Assembly: GCA_031286265.1 (NCBI GenBank)
Contig: JAITUP010000132.1
Location: forward strand, 1 to 48,015
Reading direction: 5' to 3'
From: Chitinispirillales bacterium
GTDB lineage: Bacteria > Fibrobacterota > Chitinivibrionia > Chitinivibrionales > Chitinispirillaceae
DNA: 48,015 nucleotides
Shown piece by piece: positions 6,785 through 15,067 of this stretch. Below the pieces are notes generated by a model, which was given only the letters and a program-made list of their open reading frames with translations, made no database searches and was not told where the DNA came from. The position numbers and the translations under genes are program-made. Positions within the stretch are counted from its first letter, which is position 1. Each line of letters opens with the position of its first letter.

Positions 6785-7204
6785 ATGTCCGGAAAAAATT
6801 TAGACCAGTTGATTGGGGATAGGGCTTATCACATCTATCTCAAACGTGAGCGTGAAGGCATCCCCGGTGACCAGAATAGCGACTGGGCGCAGGCCGCGCA
6901 GGAGATAGCGGCGGAGATGAAGGCGAAGGAGGCCGCCAAACCCGCTCCTGCGAAGAAACCGGTTGCTCCGAAAGCGGAGAAAGCGGAGAGCAAGTCGGTT
7001 GGGACGTTTGTTAAGGTAGAGGCCAAACCCGCGCCAGCGAAGAAGCCTGCCGCCCCCGCGCCGAAAGTCGCGGCAAAACCTGCGGTAGCGCCCAAGGTGG
7101 TAGCCAAGCCCGCGCCCAAAGCCGCGGCACCCAAGGCGGCGGCGGCCAAGCCCGCTCCGAAAGCGGCGGTAAAAAAGAAAGCTGCCGGTAGAAGAGGCAG
7201 GTAG
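6785..7204 (+). CDS. DUF2934-like N-terminal domain protein with Ala/Lys/Pro-rich histone-H1-like tail
   Basis: 139 aa with N-terminus RAYHIYLKREREGIPGDQNSDWAQAAQEI, followed by repeated AKPAPAKKPxAP-type low-complexity basic sequence. AAGGAGGG RBS. Confidence 0.7.
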   Translation: MSGKNLDQLIGDRAYHIYLKREREGIPGDQNSDWAQAAQEIAAEMKAKEAAKPAPAKKPVAPKAEKAESKSVGTFVKVEAKPAPAKKPAAPAPKVAAKPAVAPKVVAKPAPKAAAPKAAAAKPAPKAAVKKKAAGRRGR

Positions 7205-7207
7205 GAA

Positions 7208-7972
7208 TTACGTTCGTATTCGGCGGCCGGGTTCGGTTCTGAAAGCGTCGTCGAATACGGACATTTTTATCCGTCCCTCGCGCAGTGAGCGCGCGAACCC
7301 GGCAATGTTTGCCGTGTCCGATTCAAACTCTATGCAGGCGCCGCCTATGTTATGGATGTAGTGTGAGTCCGACGCGGTTATGGCCGTGTAATCTTTGGTC
7401 AACTCCTCGTAGCCTCCCCGTAGCGCTCCGGCGCGTGACAGTTCGACCGCCGAAAATTCACCGTTTAAGGAACCGAGTCGCGACGTAATGCTGAAGCATG
7501 GTTTGTCTACGTGCGCGGCTATGAAAAGTCCGCCGAAATACGCGACCCTCTCCCGCAGGCAGTCTACCGTATACCCGCTCGCGATGCCCAAATACTGTTC
7601 TTCAAAATCCACAACGCCGTCGTCTTCATCAACATAAACCTGGTCTCCCATTTTTTCCGGGATGTTTTTTACCGGTGTCAGGCTGTCGTATATGATTTTG
7701 CCGAATGCCGTTGCGGTGTCGACATCGTCGAACAGGCATACGAAGTGAGCTTCTTCCGCGGACATTACTTCCAATCCCGGGAAAAACAGTATTCCCTCAC
7801 GTTCGCAGAATTTTGCCATAGTCGCGCAGTTGCCGGCGGAGTTGTGGTCTGTGAGCGCGAGGCAGTTCAGGCCGATTTCAGCCGCCCGTTCGACGATCGC
7901 CCGCGGCGACATGTCGAGGGACGCGCACGGGGAGAGGCAGGAATGTATGTGCAGATCGGCCTTGTATATCAT
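7208..7972 (-). CDS. PHP-domain metal-dependent phosphoesterase
   Basis: 254 aa with N-terminal ADLHIHSCLSPC...ALTDHNS PHP motifs. The start overlaps the stop of the DRTGG gene. Confidence 0.8.
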   Translation of the reverse strand: MIYKADLHIHSCLSPCASLDMSPRAIVERAAEIGLNCLALTDHNSAGNCATMAKFCEREGILFFPGLEVMSAEEAHFVCLFDDVDTATAFGKIIYDSLTPVKNIPEKMGDQVYVDEDDGVVDFEEQYLGIASGYTVDCLRERVAYFGGLFIAAHVDKPCFSITSRLGSLNGEFSAVELSRAGALRGGYEELTKDYTAITASDSHYIHNIGGACIEFESDTANIAGFARSLREGRIKMSVFDDAFRTEPGRRIRT

Positions 7973-8301
7973 CCTTTTAATATCTCATGCACCAAATGCG
8001 ATACCGTGAATTGATTTTTTTCCGTGTGCAGAATCGCGATGTTTTCGCGCTTTGCCGCTTCTATCATGTCGTCTGTGATAGGGTAATTATTGCAGACAAT
8101 TATCGCTCCGGCTCCAACGAGCGACGATACCGCTACGGTGTTGAGGTGCGCTTGAATTGTGATGAACGCGCATCCTTCGGCGGCGTTGGCCATGACGTCG
8201 CTCAATAAATCCGATGTATATCCACAGGTGATGTCGTTGTCTTCGCCTACTGGTTGGACAATTTTTATGCCGAGCGCGGCGGCTAATTTTTTGGCGGTCA
8301 T
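7969..8301 (-). CDS. DRTGG-domain protein
   Basis: 110 aa. YTSDLLSDVMANA...FITIQAHLNTVAVSSLVGAGAIIVCNN...AILHT fits the DRTGG domain pattern. Confidence 0.65.
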   Translation of the reverse strand: MTAKKLAAALGIKIVQPVGEDNDITCGYTSDLLSDVMANAAEGCAFITIQAHLNTVAVSSLVGAGAIIVCNNYPITDDMIEAAKRENIAILHTEKNQFTVSHLVHEILKG

Positions 8302-8322
8302 TCGTTATGGCCCTCCGTTTAT

Positions 8323-9198
8323 TTATCGGCTGATAAACATTGATGCCCGCTCCATCTCGGCGGGAATTTCTTCGATTATTTCGATTAGATTGTGCTTCGT
8401 CAATCCCAGCAATTTTGCTTTTCCTTCCAATTTTTCGACCGCTTCGGTTTTGGCCGCCTCATCGCCGTCCTTAATCTTGCTCAATATATCCGCAATGTGG
8501 CAGATCATTACAGAGTCGGCGCTGATTGTGGCTTCGTCGGGTTCGTGGTGGCATACGAGCGGCTGCTCTATCTCGGAGGGCAGCGACCACGATCCCGTGA
8601 GCCATGAGGCCACGTCGCAGTGCGTATACCCGAGCGCCTCTTTTTCCGCTTCAAAGCAAGAGAGGTTGTTGTCGCTTGCGTAGCGCAGGGCCCTGCGCAG
8701 GTCCGTATTCAGATATTGCTCCATCACCACTTTTCCAATGTCGTGCAGAAGCCCCGCGCAAAACGCTTCTTCCGGATCTATGGCGAGACTCCGCTTGCGC
8801 TTGTGAGCCAAAAGGCGCGAGACCACCCCGCATCTGAGGGAGTGGCGCCAAAACTCGTCGCGGTCGAAAGCCGCCCCCTTGCCGTTTTCGCTGTTGTCTA
8901 TAAACATGTCGAATACCGTCAAACTTAGCACCATTGTCTGTATAATTTTGAATCCGAGTATGATTACGGCATTGTTTAGCGTGTTTATGCTTCTCGGCAC
9001 GCCGTAGAACGCGCTATTCGCAAGCCGCAGCACCTTGGCCGAGAGCGAGACATCTTGTGAAACGACCGCCGCGACCATATCGGCGGAAGCGGTAGGCGAG
9101 TTTACAATCCGCATCAATCTCGAGGCAATATCGGGAAGCGTAGGCAGGTTCGCGATCGTTTTAATCCTGTCTTGTAGTTCTTCAATAGTGTAATTCAT
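8323..9198 (-). CDS. HDOD-domain signalling protein
   Basis: LPTLPDIASRLMRIVNSPTASADMVAAVVSQDVSLSAKVLRLANSAFYG and GLLHDIGKVV. Start is chosen at ATG 9198 (GGAG 8 nt upstream). The track ORF reaches 9294. Confidence 0.8.
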   Translation of the reverse strand: MNYTIEELQDRIKTIANLPTLPDIASRLMRIVNSPTASADMVAAVVSQDVSLSAKVLRLANSAFYGVPRSINTLNNAVIILGFKIIQTMVLSLTVFDMFIDNSENGKGAAFDRDEFWRHSLRCGVVSRLLAHKRKRSLAIDPEEAFCAGLLHDIGKVVMEQYLNTDLRRALRYASDNNLSCFEAEKEALGYTHCDVASWLTGSWSLPSEIEQPLVCHHEPDEATISADSVMICHIADILSKIKDGDEAAKTEAVEKLEGKAKLLGLTKHNLIEIIEEIPAEMERASMFISR

Positions 9199-9424
9199 TG
9201 CCATTGCTCCGCTTTTTTTACATAGATACAAAAACCGTCGCCGTTTATTGGATCGGCCCCGTTGCGTTATCGCCTCACTTATATCATTGTACAATTATCG
9301 GGAACGCGGTGTCAATAACTAAATATTTTTTAATATTTAATTTGACAGCCATACGGCCCATATACGATATTGTATACATGGTGGAGTGGCTGTCTGGTAG
9401 GCAACTCAATCCCGGAGGTTGGAT

Positions 9425-9925
9425 ATGATACGCACAGTTATCGTCATAATGTTAGCGGCCGTGGCCGTATTCGCGCAATCTGAAAGCGCCTACGATGTCG
9501 GTGGTTGGCGCGGCGGCGGCACGTCGCCGACGGCGGGTAGTGAGACGGGAGAGACGACGAGCCTGCTTGACCCCTCACGCCTCACGATCAACCACTCCAT
9601 GAGTTTTTACGCGGGCGGGTCACAGGTATCCGACGTGAAATCGCAGAGCATGTATTCGACCATGTTCCAGTATAAATTCAACGCCCCGGTCGTACTCAGC
9701 CTGAATTTTGATATGCCGATACACTCGACGTTCAACCAGCACAGCAATTTTACGTCGGATAACCTGTCTTCACTCGATTACTTCCGAAACATCCCGATAG
9801 ACGCCGCGGTCACGTGGATGCCGACCGATAAATTCATGCTCGGTGTGAGGATCATGAAGATGCCGGAGTCGGGGGGATTTTATAGCGGATTTCATCGGTC
9901 GGACAGATTTCATCGGGGATGGTAA
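9425..9925 (+). CDS. Secreted/outer-membrane hypothetical protein
   Basis: Signal peptide MIRTVIVIMLAAVAVFAQS and C-terminal aromatic residue. GGAGG sits 6 nt upstream of ATG 9425. The track start 9419 is TTG. Confidence 0.55.
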   Translation: MIRTVIVIMLAAVAVFAQSESAYDVGGWRGGGTSPTAGSETGETTSLLDPSRLTINHSMSFYAGGSQVSDVKSQSMYSTMFQYKFNAPVVLSLNFDMPIHSTFNQHSNFTSDNLSSLDYFRNIPIDAAVTWMPTDKFMLGVRIMKMPESGGFYSGFHRSDRFHRGW

Positions 9926-10677
9926 TTTCTAACAGAAGTACCGTATACTTCATATCGGATGCCCACTTTGGGCTCGGCGCGGACGATGACAGGGTTGAGG
10001 TGTTTACCGCGTTGGCGGTGGAGATGCGTGAATGCGCCGCCGCTCTATACATAGTCGGCGACCTGTTTGATTTCTGGATAGAGTATCGCTGTGCCATCCG
10101 CCCGGACTATTTCCTCGTTCTGCACACGCTTCGCGGCCTCGTTGAAGCGGGCGTGAATGTGTGTTATGTAACCGGCAACCACGATTTTGCCATCGGTTCA
10201 TTTTTGGAAGACACGACAGGGATTACCGTTCACCGCGGCGGCGTTGATACCGTGTTGCAGGGTCGGCGTCTGTATATCAGCCACGGCGACAGAGCCCACA
10301 AAAACGGCGTCCCCGGAATAATTGACAGGTTGTTGCGCAACAGATTTCTTCAGGCGCTTTATAAAATGATTCACCCTAATATCGGTGTAAAATTGGGAAT
10401 GCTCTGTTCGGCGATGCTGAAAAAAAGGAGCGTTAGCGGCCACGCGCCGGAAAAAGATTTGGAAAAATGTCGGCAGGCGGCGCGAGCGCGCCTCAAGACC
10501 GGCGAATGTGATCTTGTAATCTTTGCCCACACACACTACGCCGAGCTGCTCGAATTTGACGGAGGTCAAGGCCAGTATTGCAACACCGGATCGTGGATGG
10601 GTAGCCGCGATTACGCGACGCTTCGCGATGGTAAAATTCAACTGCATCGACGCGTCACAGAGGGCCGGGCGTTATGA
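9919..10677 (+). CDS. lpxH: UDP-2,3-diacylglucosamine diphosphatase LpxH-like metallophosphoesterase
   Basis: Calcineurin-like motifs SDAHFG, YIVGDLFDFW and GNHDF in LpxH-like spacing. ATGA overlap with the next gene. Confidence 0.75.
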   Translation: MVISNRSTVYFISDAHFGLGADDDRVEVFTALAVEMRECAAALYIVGDLFDFWIEYRCAIRPDYFLVLHTLRGLVEAGVNVCYVTGNHDFAIGSFLEDTTGITVHRGGVDTVLQGRRLYISHGDRAHKNGVPGIIDRLLRNRFLQALYKMIHPNIGVKLGMLCSAMLKKRSVSGHAPEKDLEKCRQAARARLKTGECDLVIFAHTHYAELLEFDGGQGQYCNTGSWMGSRDYATLRDGKIQLHRRVTEGRAL

Positions 10678-11519
10678 TTATCGACGAAACGGCCCAAAAA
10701 AAATTAGGCAAAATAGGCCTGATCGCCGGTGGAGGCAACTTCCCGTGGCTGTTAGTAAGCAGTATGCTGAAAAACGATACGCCGTTTGCGGTAGCCGGGC
10801 TTCACGGATTTGCCGACGGCAGAATAAGGGAGGCCGCAAAGGCGAAAAATCAATACATGGAAGCCCACGTCTCCGATTTCGCAAAAATCGTGCGATTTTT
10901 CAAAAAAGAGGGTGTAGCAACGGTAATCATCATCGGCAATGTGGATAAAAGAGCCATCAAATTCAATAATATTGATATTTTCATAGCCATTTTCAAGCTG
11001 CTTTTTTACAAGAAGAAAAACGACGCTATTTTCAGGATAATAGTTCGTAACTTTGAAAAAAAAGGTTTTAGGGTCGTCGGCATACAAGATGCCATGCCGT
11101 CGCTGACGGCCAAGCCCGGCTTGCTGACAAAGACAGAGCCGACCGCGCAAAATTTGAGAGATATCGAATATGCCGTTGAAAAATGCAGAGAATTTGGCAA
11201 AACCGACGCGGGGCAGTCGATAGTCGTTAAAGACGGGCGCGTGATCGGAAAGGAGTTTCGGATTGGGACGGACGCGCTGATGAAAGAGGCCCTTGCCGCA
11301 AAAAACGGGGAAAAAGGTGGGGTCATGGCAAAACTCGCCAAGCCCGGGCAGGAAGAGCGGGGGGATATTCCGGCCATCGGGTTCAAAACGATTGAGCAAT
11401 TGATCGGCGCGAAAATAGATGGGATCGTTGTGGATTCCGGGTATAAGAGCATTATTGAAGAAAAGGAAAAATTGGCGGAATTTGCGGATGAAAATGGCGT
11501 TTTTATTATGGCGGTATGA
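10674..11519 (+). CDS. lpxI: LpxI (DUF1009) family UDP-2,3-diacylglucosamine hydrolase
   Basis: 281 aa. GLIAGGGNFPW at the N-terminus and GQSIVVKDGRVIGKE...GTDALM in the C-terminal half are typical of DUF1009/LpxI. Confidence 0.75.
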   Translation: MIIDETAQKKLGKIGLIAGGGNFPWLLVSSMLKNDTPFAVAGLHGFADGRIREAAKAKNQYMEAHVSDFAKIVRFFKKEGVATVIIIGNVDKRAIKFNNIDIFIAIFKLLFYKKKNDAIFRIIVRNFEKKGFRVVGIQDAMPSLTAKPGLLTKTEPTAQNLRDIEYAVEKCREFGKTDAGQSIVVKDGRVIGKEFRIGTDALMKEALAAKNGEKGGVMAKLAKPGQEERGDIPAIGFKTIEQLIGAKIDGIVVDSGYKSIIEEKEKLAEFADENGVFIMAV

Positions 11520-11534
11520 CTTGGAGCATAATTT

Positions 11535-12389
11535 ATGATAACAATCGAATCTCCGACGCGCATAACGTTTGCGCTTGATATTATTAGGCGGCTTGACGAC
11601 GGGCCTTTTTGCGGGTATCATGAGCTTGGAATCGTTAAGCATCAAATCGCGCTTGCCGATACTGTGTCGGTGGAGGCATTTGGCGGCGATAGCGATATTG
11701 TAGAATGTAATGATCCGCGCGTTCCGGTTGACGGGAGTAACATTTGCGTAAAAGTCTGCGAATTATTGAGGGAACGATTCGGGCGCGGCGGGTATGTGCG
11801 TATTTTTATCGACAAAAAAATTCCGGTGATGGGCGGTATGGCCGGCGGATCGGCCAACGCCGCGGCGGCGCTGCGGGCGATCGACCGGCTATGGGAGCTT
11901 GGATTGACGATTGAGCAGTTCAAAAATTTGGGACGGGAATTGGGGATGGATGTGCCGTATTTTTTCACAGGCGGGACGGCGTTCGACAGCGAGGCGACGG
12001 GCGTTATCGAATCGATCGGCGCCACTTTAAAATTCCACATAGTCCTCGCGATTCCCGATTTCGGGATCAGTACAAAAGAAGCGTATGGCGGAATTGATTA
12101 TGAGCGGATTGGGAAAAATGTATCGTTGACAAATGAAATGATAGGCGCGTTTGGGAGTGATGATTTCGATATGGCGGCAAAAAATCTGCACAACGATTTT
12201 GAGTCGTCGATATTTCCCCGCCATCCGCGCCTGAAAGAAATCCGCGACGATTTGTTGAAAGCGGGATGTATCTCGGCCTGCATGACAGGTTCGGGATCAA
12301 CGATAATCGGCATAGCCTCAACCAAATCCGCCGCCCAAAAAATCGCCTCCTCAATAGACTGCCGGACGATTGTTACAGAAACATTCTAA
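11535..12389 (+). CDS. ispE: 4-diphosphocytidyl-2-C-methyl-D-erythritol kinase
   Basis: GHMP kinase motif PVMGGMAGGSANAAAAL and N-terminal GYHELGIV pattern. GGAG sits 8 nt upstream. Confidence 0.85.
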   Translation: MITIESPTRITFALDIIRRLDDGPFCGYHELGIVKHQIALADTVSVEAFGGDSDIVECNDPRVPVDGSNICVKVCELLRERFGRGGYVRIFIDKKIPVMGGMAGGSANAAAALRAIDRLWELGLTIEQFKNLGRELGMDVPYFFTGGTAFDSEATGVIESIGATLKFHIVLAIPDFGISTKEAYGGIDYERIGKNVSLTNEMIGAFGSDDFDMAAKNLHNDFESSIFPRHPRLKEIRDDLLKAGCISACMTGSGSTIIGIASTKSAAQKIASSIDCRTIVTETF

Positions 12390-12398
12390 AAAACAAAT

Positions 12399-12426
12399 TT
12401 GATTTTCTCCAGCCTCATTATATTAT
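12399..12426 (+). promoter_or_regulatory. Sigma70-like promoter candidate (TTGATT-N16-TATTAT)
   Basis: -35 at 12399-12404 and -10 at 12421-12426, about 48 nt upstream of ATG 12474. Confidence 0.4.
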
Positions 12427-12473
12427 ATTCACAATACTACAAAAAAAATTTTAATAAATAATACGGAGCAAAA

Positions 12474-13682
12474 ATGCAATATCGCATAGACCCCAAAACC
12501 GGCAACAAGTTATCAATCCTCGGCTTCGGTTGCATGCGCTTCCCCAGGACGCGCGGCGGGCGTATCGACATGCAAAAATCGGAGGCGATGCTCGTTGATG
12601 CCATAAACCGCGGCGTCAATTACTTTGATACGGCATACATATATCCGGGCAGCGAAGAAGCTACCGGCCACATCATAGCCAAAAACAATCTGCGCGATAA
12701 GGTATACATCGCTACAAAATTGCCGCTATTCCTATGCAAAACATACTCCGATTTCGACAAATACCTCAACAAATCGCTCGAAAGGCTGAAAACGGAATAC
12801 ATCGACTACTACCTGATGCACATGATCACCACCCCCGAACAATGGCAAACGCTTTGTGATATGGGTATGGAAAGCTGGATTGATGAAAAGAGGGAGGAGG
12901 GCAAAATCAAGCAGCTTGGTTTTTCGTTTCACGGTAAGCGCGAGGATTTCGTTTCTATAATCGATGCGCGGGACTGGGATTTTACGATGATACAGTACAA
13001 CTATCTCGACATCAATAATCAAGCGGGCCGCACCGGCCTCAAGCACGCGGCTTCCAAGGGTATGCCGGTGTTCATAATGGAGCCGCTTCTCGGCGGGCGT
13101 TTGGCCAATCAGAAAATGCTGCCGGAAAAAGCCATCAATATAATGAAGCAAGACAGTCCCGTCCATACCCCCGCGGCCCGCGCGCTCCGATGGATATGGA
13201 ATCATGAAGAAGTTACACTGCTGCTATCGGGAATGAGCGCTCAAAATCAGCTTGATGAAAATATCGCCGCCGCTAATGAAATGACATCGCCGAATATTCT
13301 CCCTCAAAACGAACTCGAAGCCGTCGACAAAGTCATAGTCGTGTTCAACGAATCCAACAAGATTTCCTGTACCGGTTGCGGCTACTGTATGCCGTGTCCG
13401 TTTGGCGTAAACATCGTTGACGGTTTTTCGTCATACAACATGTCGTATACCGTCGGGCTGTTATCGGCCATGAAGACCCACGTTCAAGCTACAGCCGCGC
13501 TGACTACCAAAAAAGGCCTCGCCGGGTCTTGCAACGGATGCGGCAAATGCGAGCGTTCTTGCCCACAAAGCATTCCCATCCGTCAATCTCTGAAAGCCGT
13601 TAAAAAGCGTCTCGAACCGTTTTGGTTTACCTCCGCTGTCGCCGTCGCGCGTTTCTTGACCGGCGTCAAGGCAAAAAAATAG
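12474..13682 (+). CDS. Aldo/keto reductase with C-terminal 4Fe-4S cluster-binding region
   Basis: 402 aa. AKR-like N-terminal two thirds (GFGCMRF, DTAYIY) and C-terminal CTGCGYCMPCP and CNGCGKCERSCP cysteine motifs. Confidence 0.8.
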   Translation: MQYRIDPKTGNKLSILGFGCMRFPRTRGGRIDMQKSEAMLVDAINRGVNYFDTAYIYPGSEEATGHIIAKNNLRDKVYIATKLPLFLCKTYSDFDKYLNKSLERLKTEYIDYYLMHMITTPEQWQTLCDMGMESWIDEKREEGKIKQLGFSFHGKREDFVSIIDARDWDFTMIQYNYLDINNQAGRTGLKHAASKGMPVFIMEPLLGGRLANQKMLPEKAINIMKQDSPVHTPAARALRWIWNHEEVTLLLSGMSAQNQLDENIAAANEMTSPNILPQNELEAVDKVIVVFNESNKISCTGCGYCMPCPFGVNIVDGFSSYNMSYTVGLLSAMKTHVQATAALTTKKGLAGSCNGCGKCERSCPQSIPIRQSLKAVKKRLEPFWFTSAVAVARFLTGVKAKK

Positions 13683-13881
13683 CCTTCCCATTAATTAAAA
13701 GGCATTTGGATTTTATAGTTGTTTCACTTGAAGCGGGTCTTTTTAAAAAACATCCTAATCCTAATGGATAATCTGGGTTAAAAAACAGGTTTAAAAAATA
13801 GAAAAATACTGTGAGATGGTAGTGAGCATGAATTAGCGTCAAATAAATGGCGCACCCCTACGTATACTAACGAAAAAAACA

Positions 13882-15057
13882 ATGTTTTTTATGATAAAAA
13901 GAGCGGCCACAAGCCGTATTATGTACATAGCGGGAATTCATCCCGTTATAACGGTTGCCGGCCCGCGGTATGCGGGAAAGACTACGCTTGTGAAGAAGCT
14001 TTTCCAGCGTCACGGGTATGTGGATCTTGAAATGCCGGATATTTTGGAGTTTGCGCGTACAAGTCCGTTTGAGTTTCTCAAATACCACATGAGGAGCGGT
14101 GGGCTTGTGATAGATGAATATCTGCGCGCGCCGGAACTTATGAGCCATATCCGCGCCGCCGTGAAGAGCGTCCGTCAGCCGGGGCGATTTGTTCTTGTCA
14201 CCTCGCGCTTGCCGCAGGCGCAATATAGCATCGCACGGCCTCCGCTTAGATATCCAGCCACGCAGATATTATTGCCGCTTACGATAGAGGAGTTGCGCCG
14301 GGTGAAATTTGACCTTAGCCGTGACGAATATATTTACCGAGGATTCATGCCGCGCGTTTACTGTGGAAAAGAGATTGGCCCTGGGCATATATACAGAAAT
14401 TATCTCACCGATTTCATAGACAGAGATGCCATATATGGTCCGGGTAACCGTATCGCGTTTGCGCATTTCATGATTGGCATTGCGAGGCGTATAGGTCAAA
14501 TCATAAATCTTGCCACCATCGCCAAAGAAGCCGGCGTGTCGATATCGGTCGCCGTCGCGTGGCTGTCTACGCTTGAAGCTGGGTTCATAATATTCAGGTT
14601 GCCGCCATATCCGAAACTCATAGGAAAACGGACAACGAAAATACCAAAGTTCTATTTTACGGATGTCGGCATGGCGGCGTTCCTGCTCAAAATAAAATCT
14701 TCGGATCAGGTTTTTCGGGATCCGTTGTCCGGCAACCTCTTTGAAAATATGGTGGTGGCCGACGCGCAAAAACACTGCTGCAACATAGGTGGAATGACGA
14801 GACTAAGCTACTATCGCGATCAAAATCGGCTTGAAGTAGATCTCATTTTAGACAAGCGAAGTAGCATAGTCCCCATAGAAATAAAATCAAACACCGTATT
14901 CAGCCCGTCTTTCGCGGACAGTATAGTGGAATTTCAGAAATTATCGCGCAAGGCCGCAAACGGCAACATCGTCTACGGCGGGAAAACCCAAAAACGGTTT
15001 GGAGAGCCGCAATACACGAATTTCAAGGATATGGGGAAAATAGTTAGAGGATGGTGA
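13882..15057 (+). CDS. AAA-family ATPase (DUF4143-type)
   Basis: Walker A GPRYAGKTT near the N-terminus, about 390 aa, general layout of COG1373-like ATPases. No clear RBS. Confidence 0.65.
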   Translation: MFFMIKRAATSRIMYIAGIHPVITVAGPRYAGKTTLVKKLFQRHGYVDLEMPDILEFARTSPFEFLKYHMRSGGLVIDEYLRAPELMSHIRAAVKSVRQPGRFVLVTSRLPQAQYSIARPPLRYPATQILLPLTIEELRRVKFDLSRDEYIYRGFMPRVYCGKEIGPGHIYRNYLTDFIDRDAIYGPGNRIAFAHFMIGIARRIGQIINLATIAKEAGVSISVAVAWLSTLEAGFIIFRLPPYPKLIGKRTTKIPKFYFTDVGMAAFLLKIKSSDQVFRDPLSGNLFENMVVADAQKHCCNIGGMTRLSYYRDQNRLEVDLILDKRSSIVPIEIKSNTVFSPSFADSIVEFQKLSRKAANGNIVYGGKTQKRFGEPQYTNFKDMGKIVRGW

Positions 15058-15067
15058 ATGTTGATTT

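Noticed and set aside
6835-7149. 104-aa Ala-rich ORF antisense to the AKP-rich gene
   Set aside because: The plus-strand frame has a recognisable DUF2934-like head and a strong AAGGAGG RBS. The minus frame is a mirror artefact of the GC-rich repeat.
10752-11645. 297-aa and 185-aa antisense ORFs over lpxI/ispE
   Set aside because: They lie opposite well-supported lpxI and ispE frames and have low-complexity products.
13867-14223. 118-aa antisense ORF at the 5' end of the AAA ATPase gene
   Set aside because: It overlaps the Walker A-containing frame on the other strand and has no motif or RBS.
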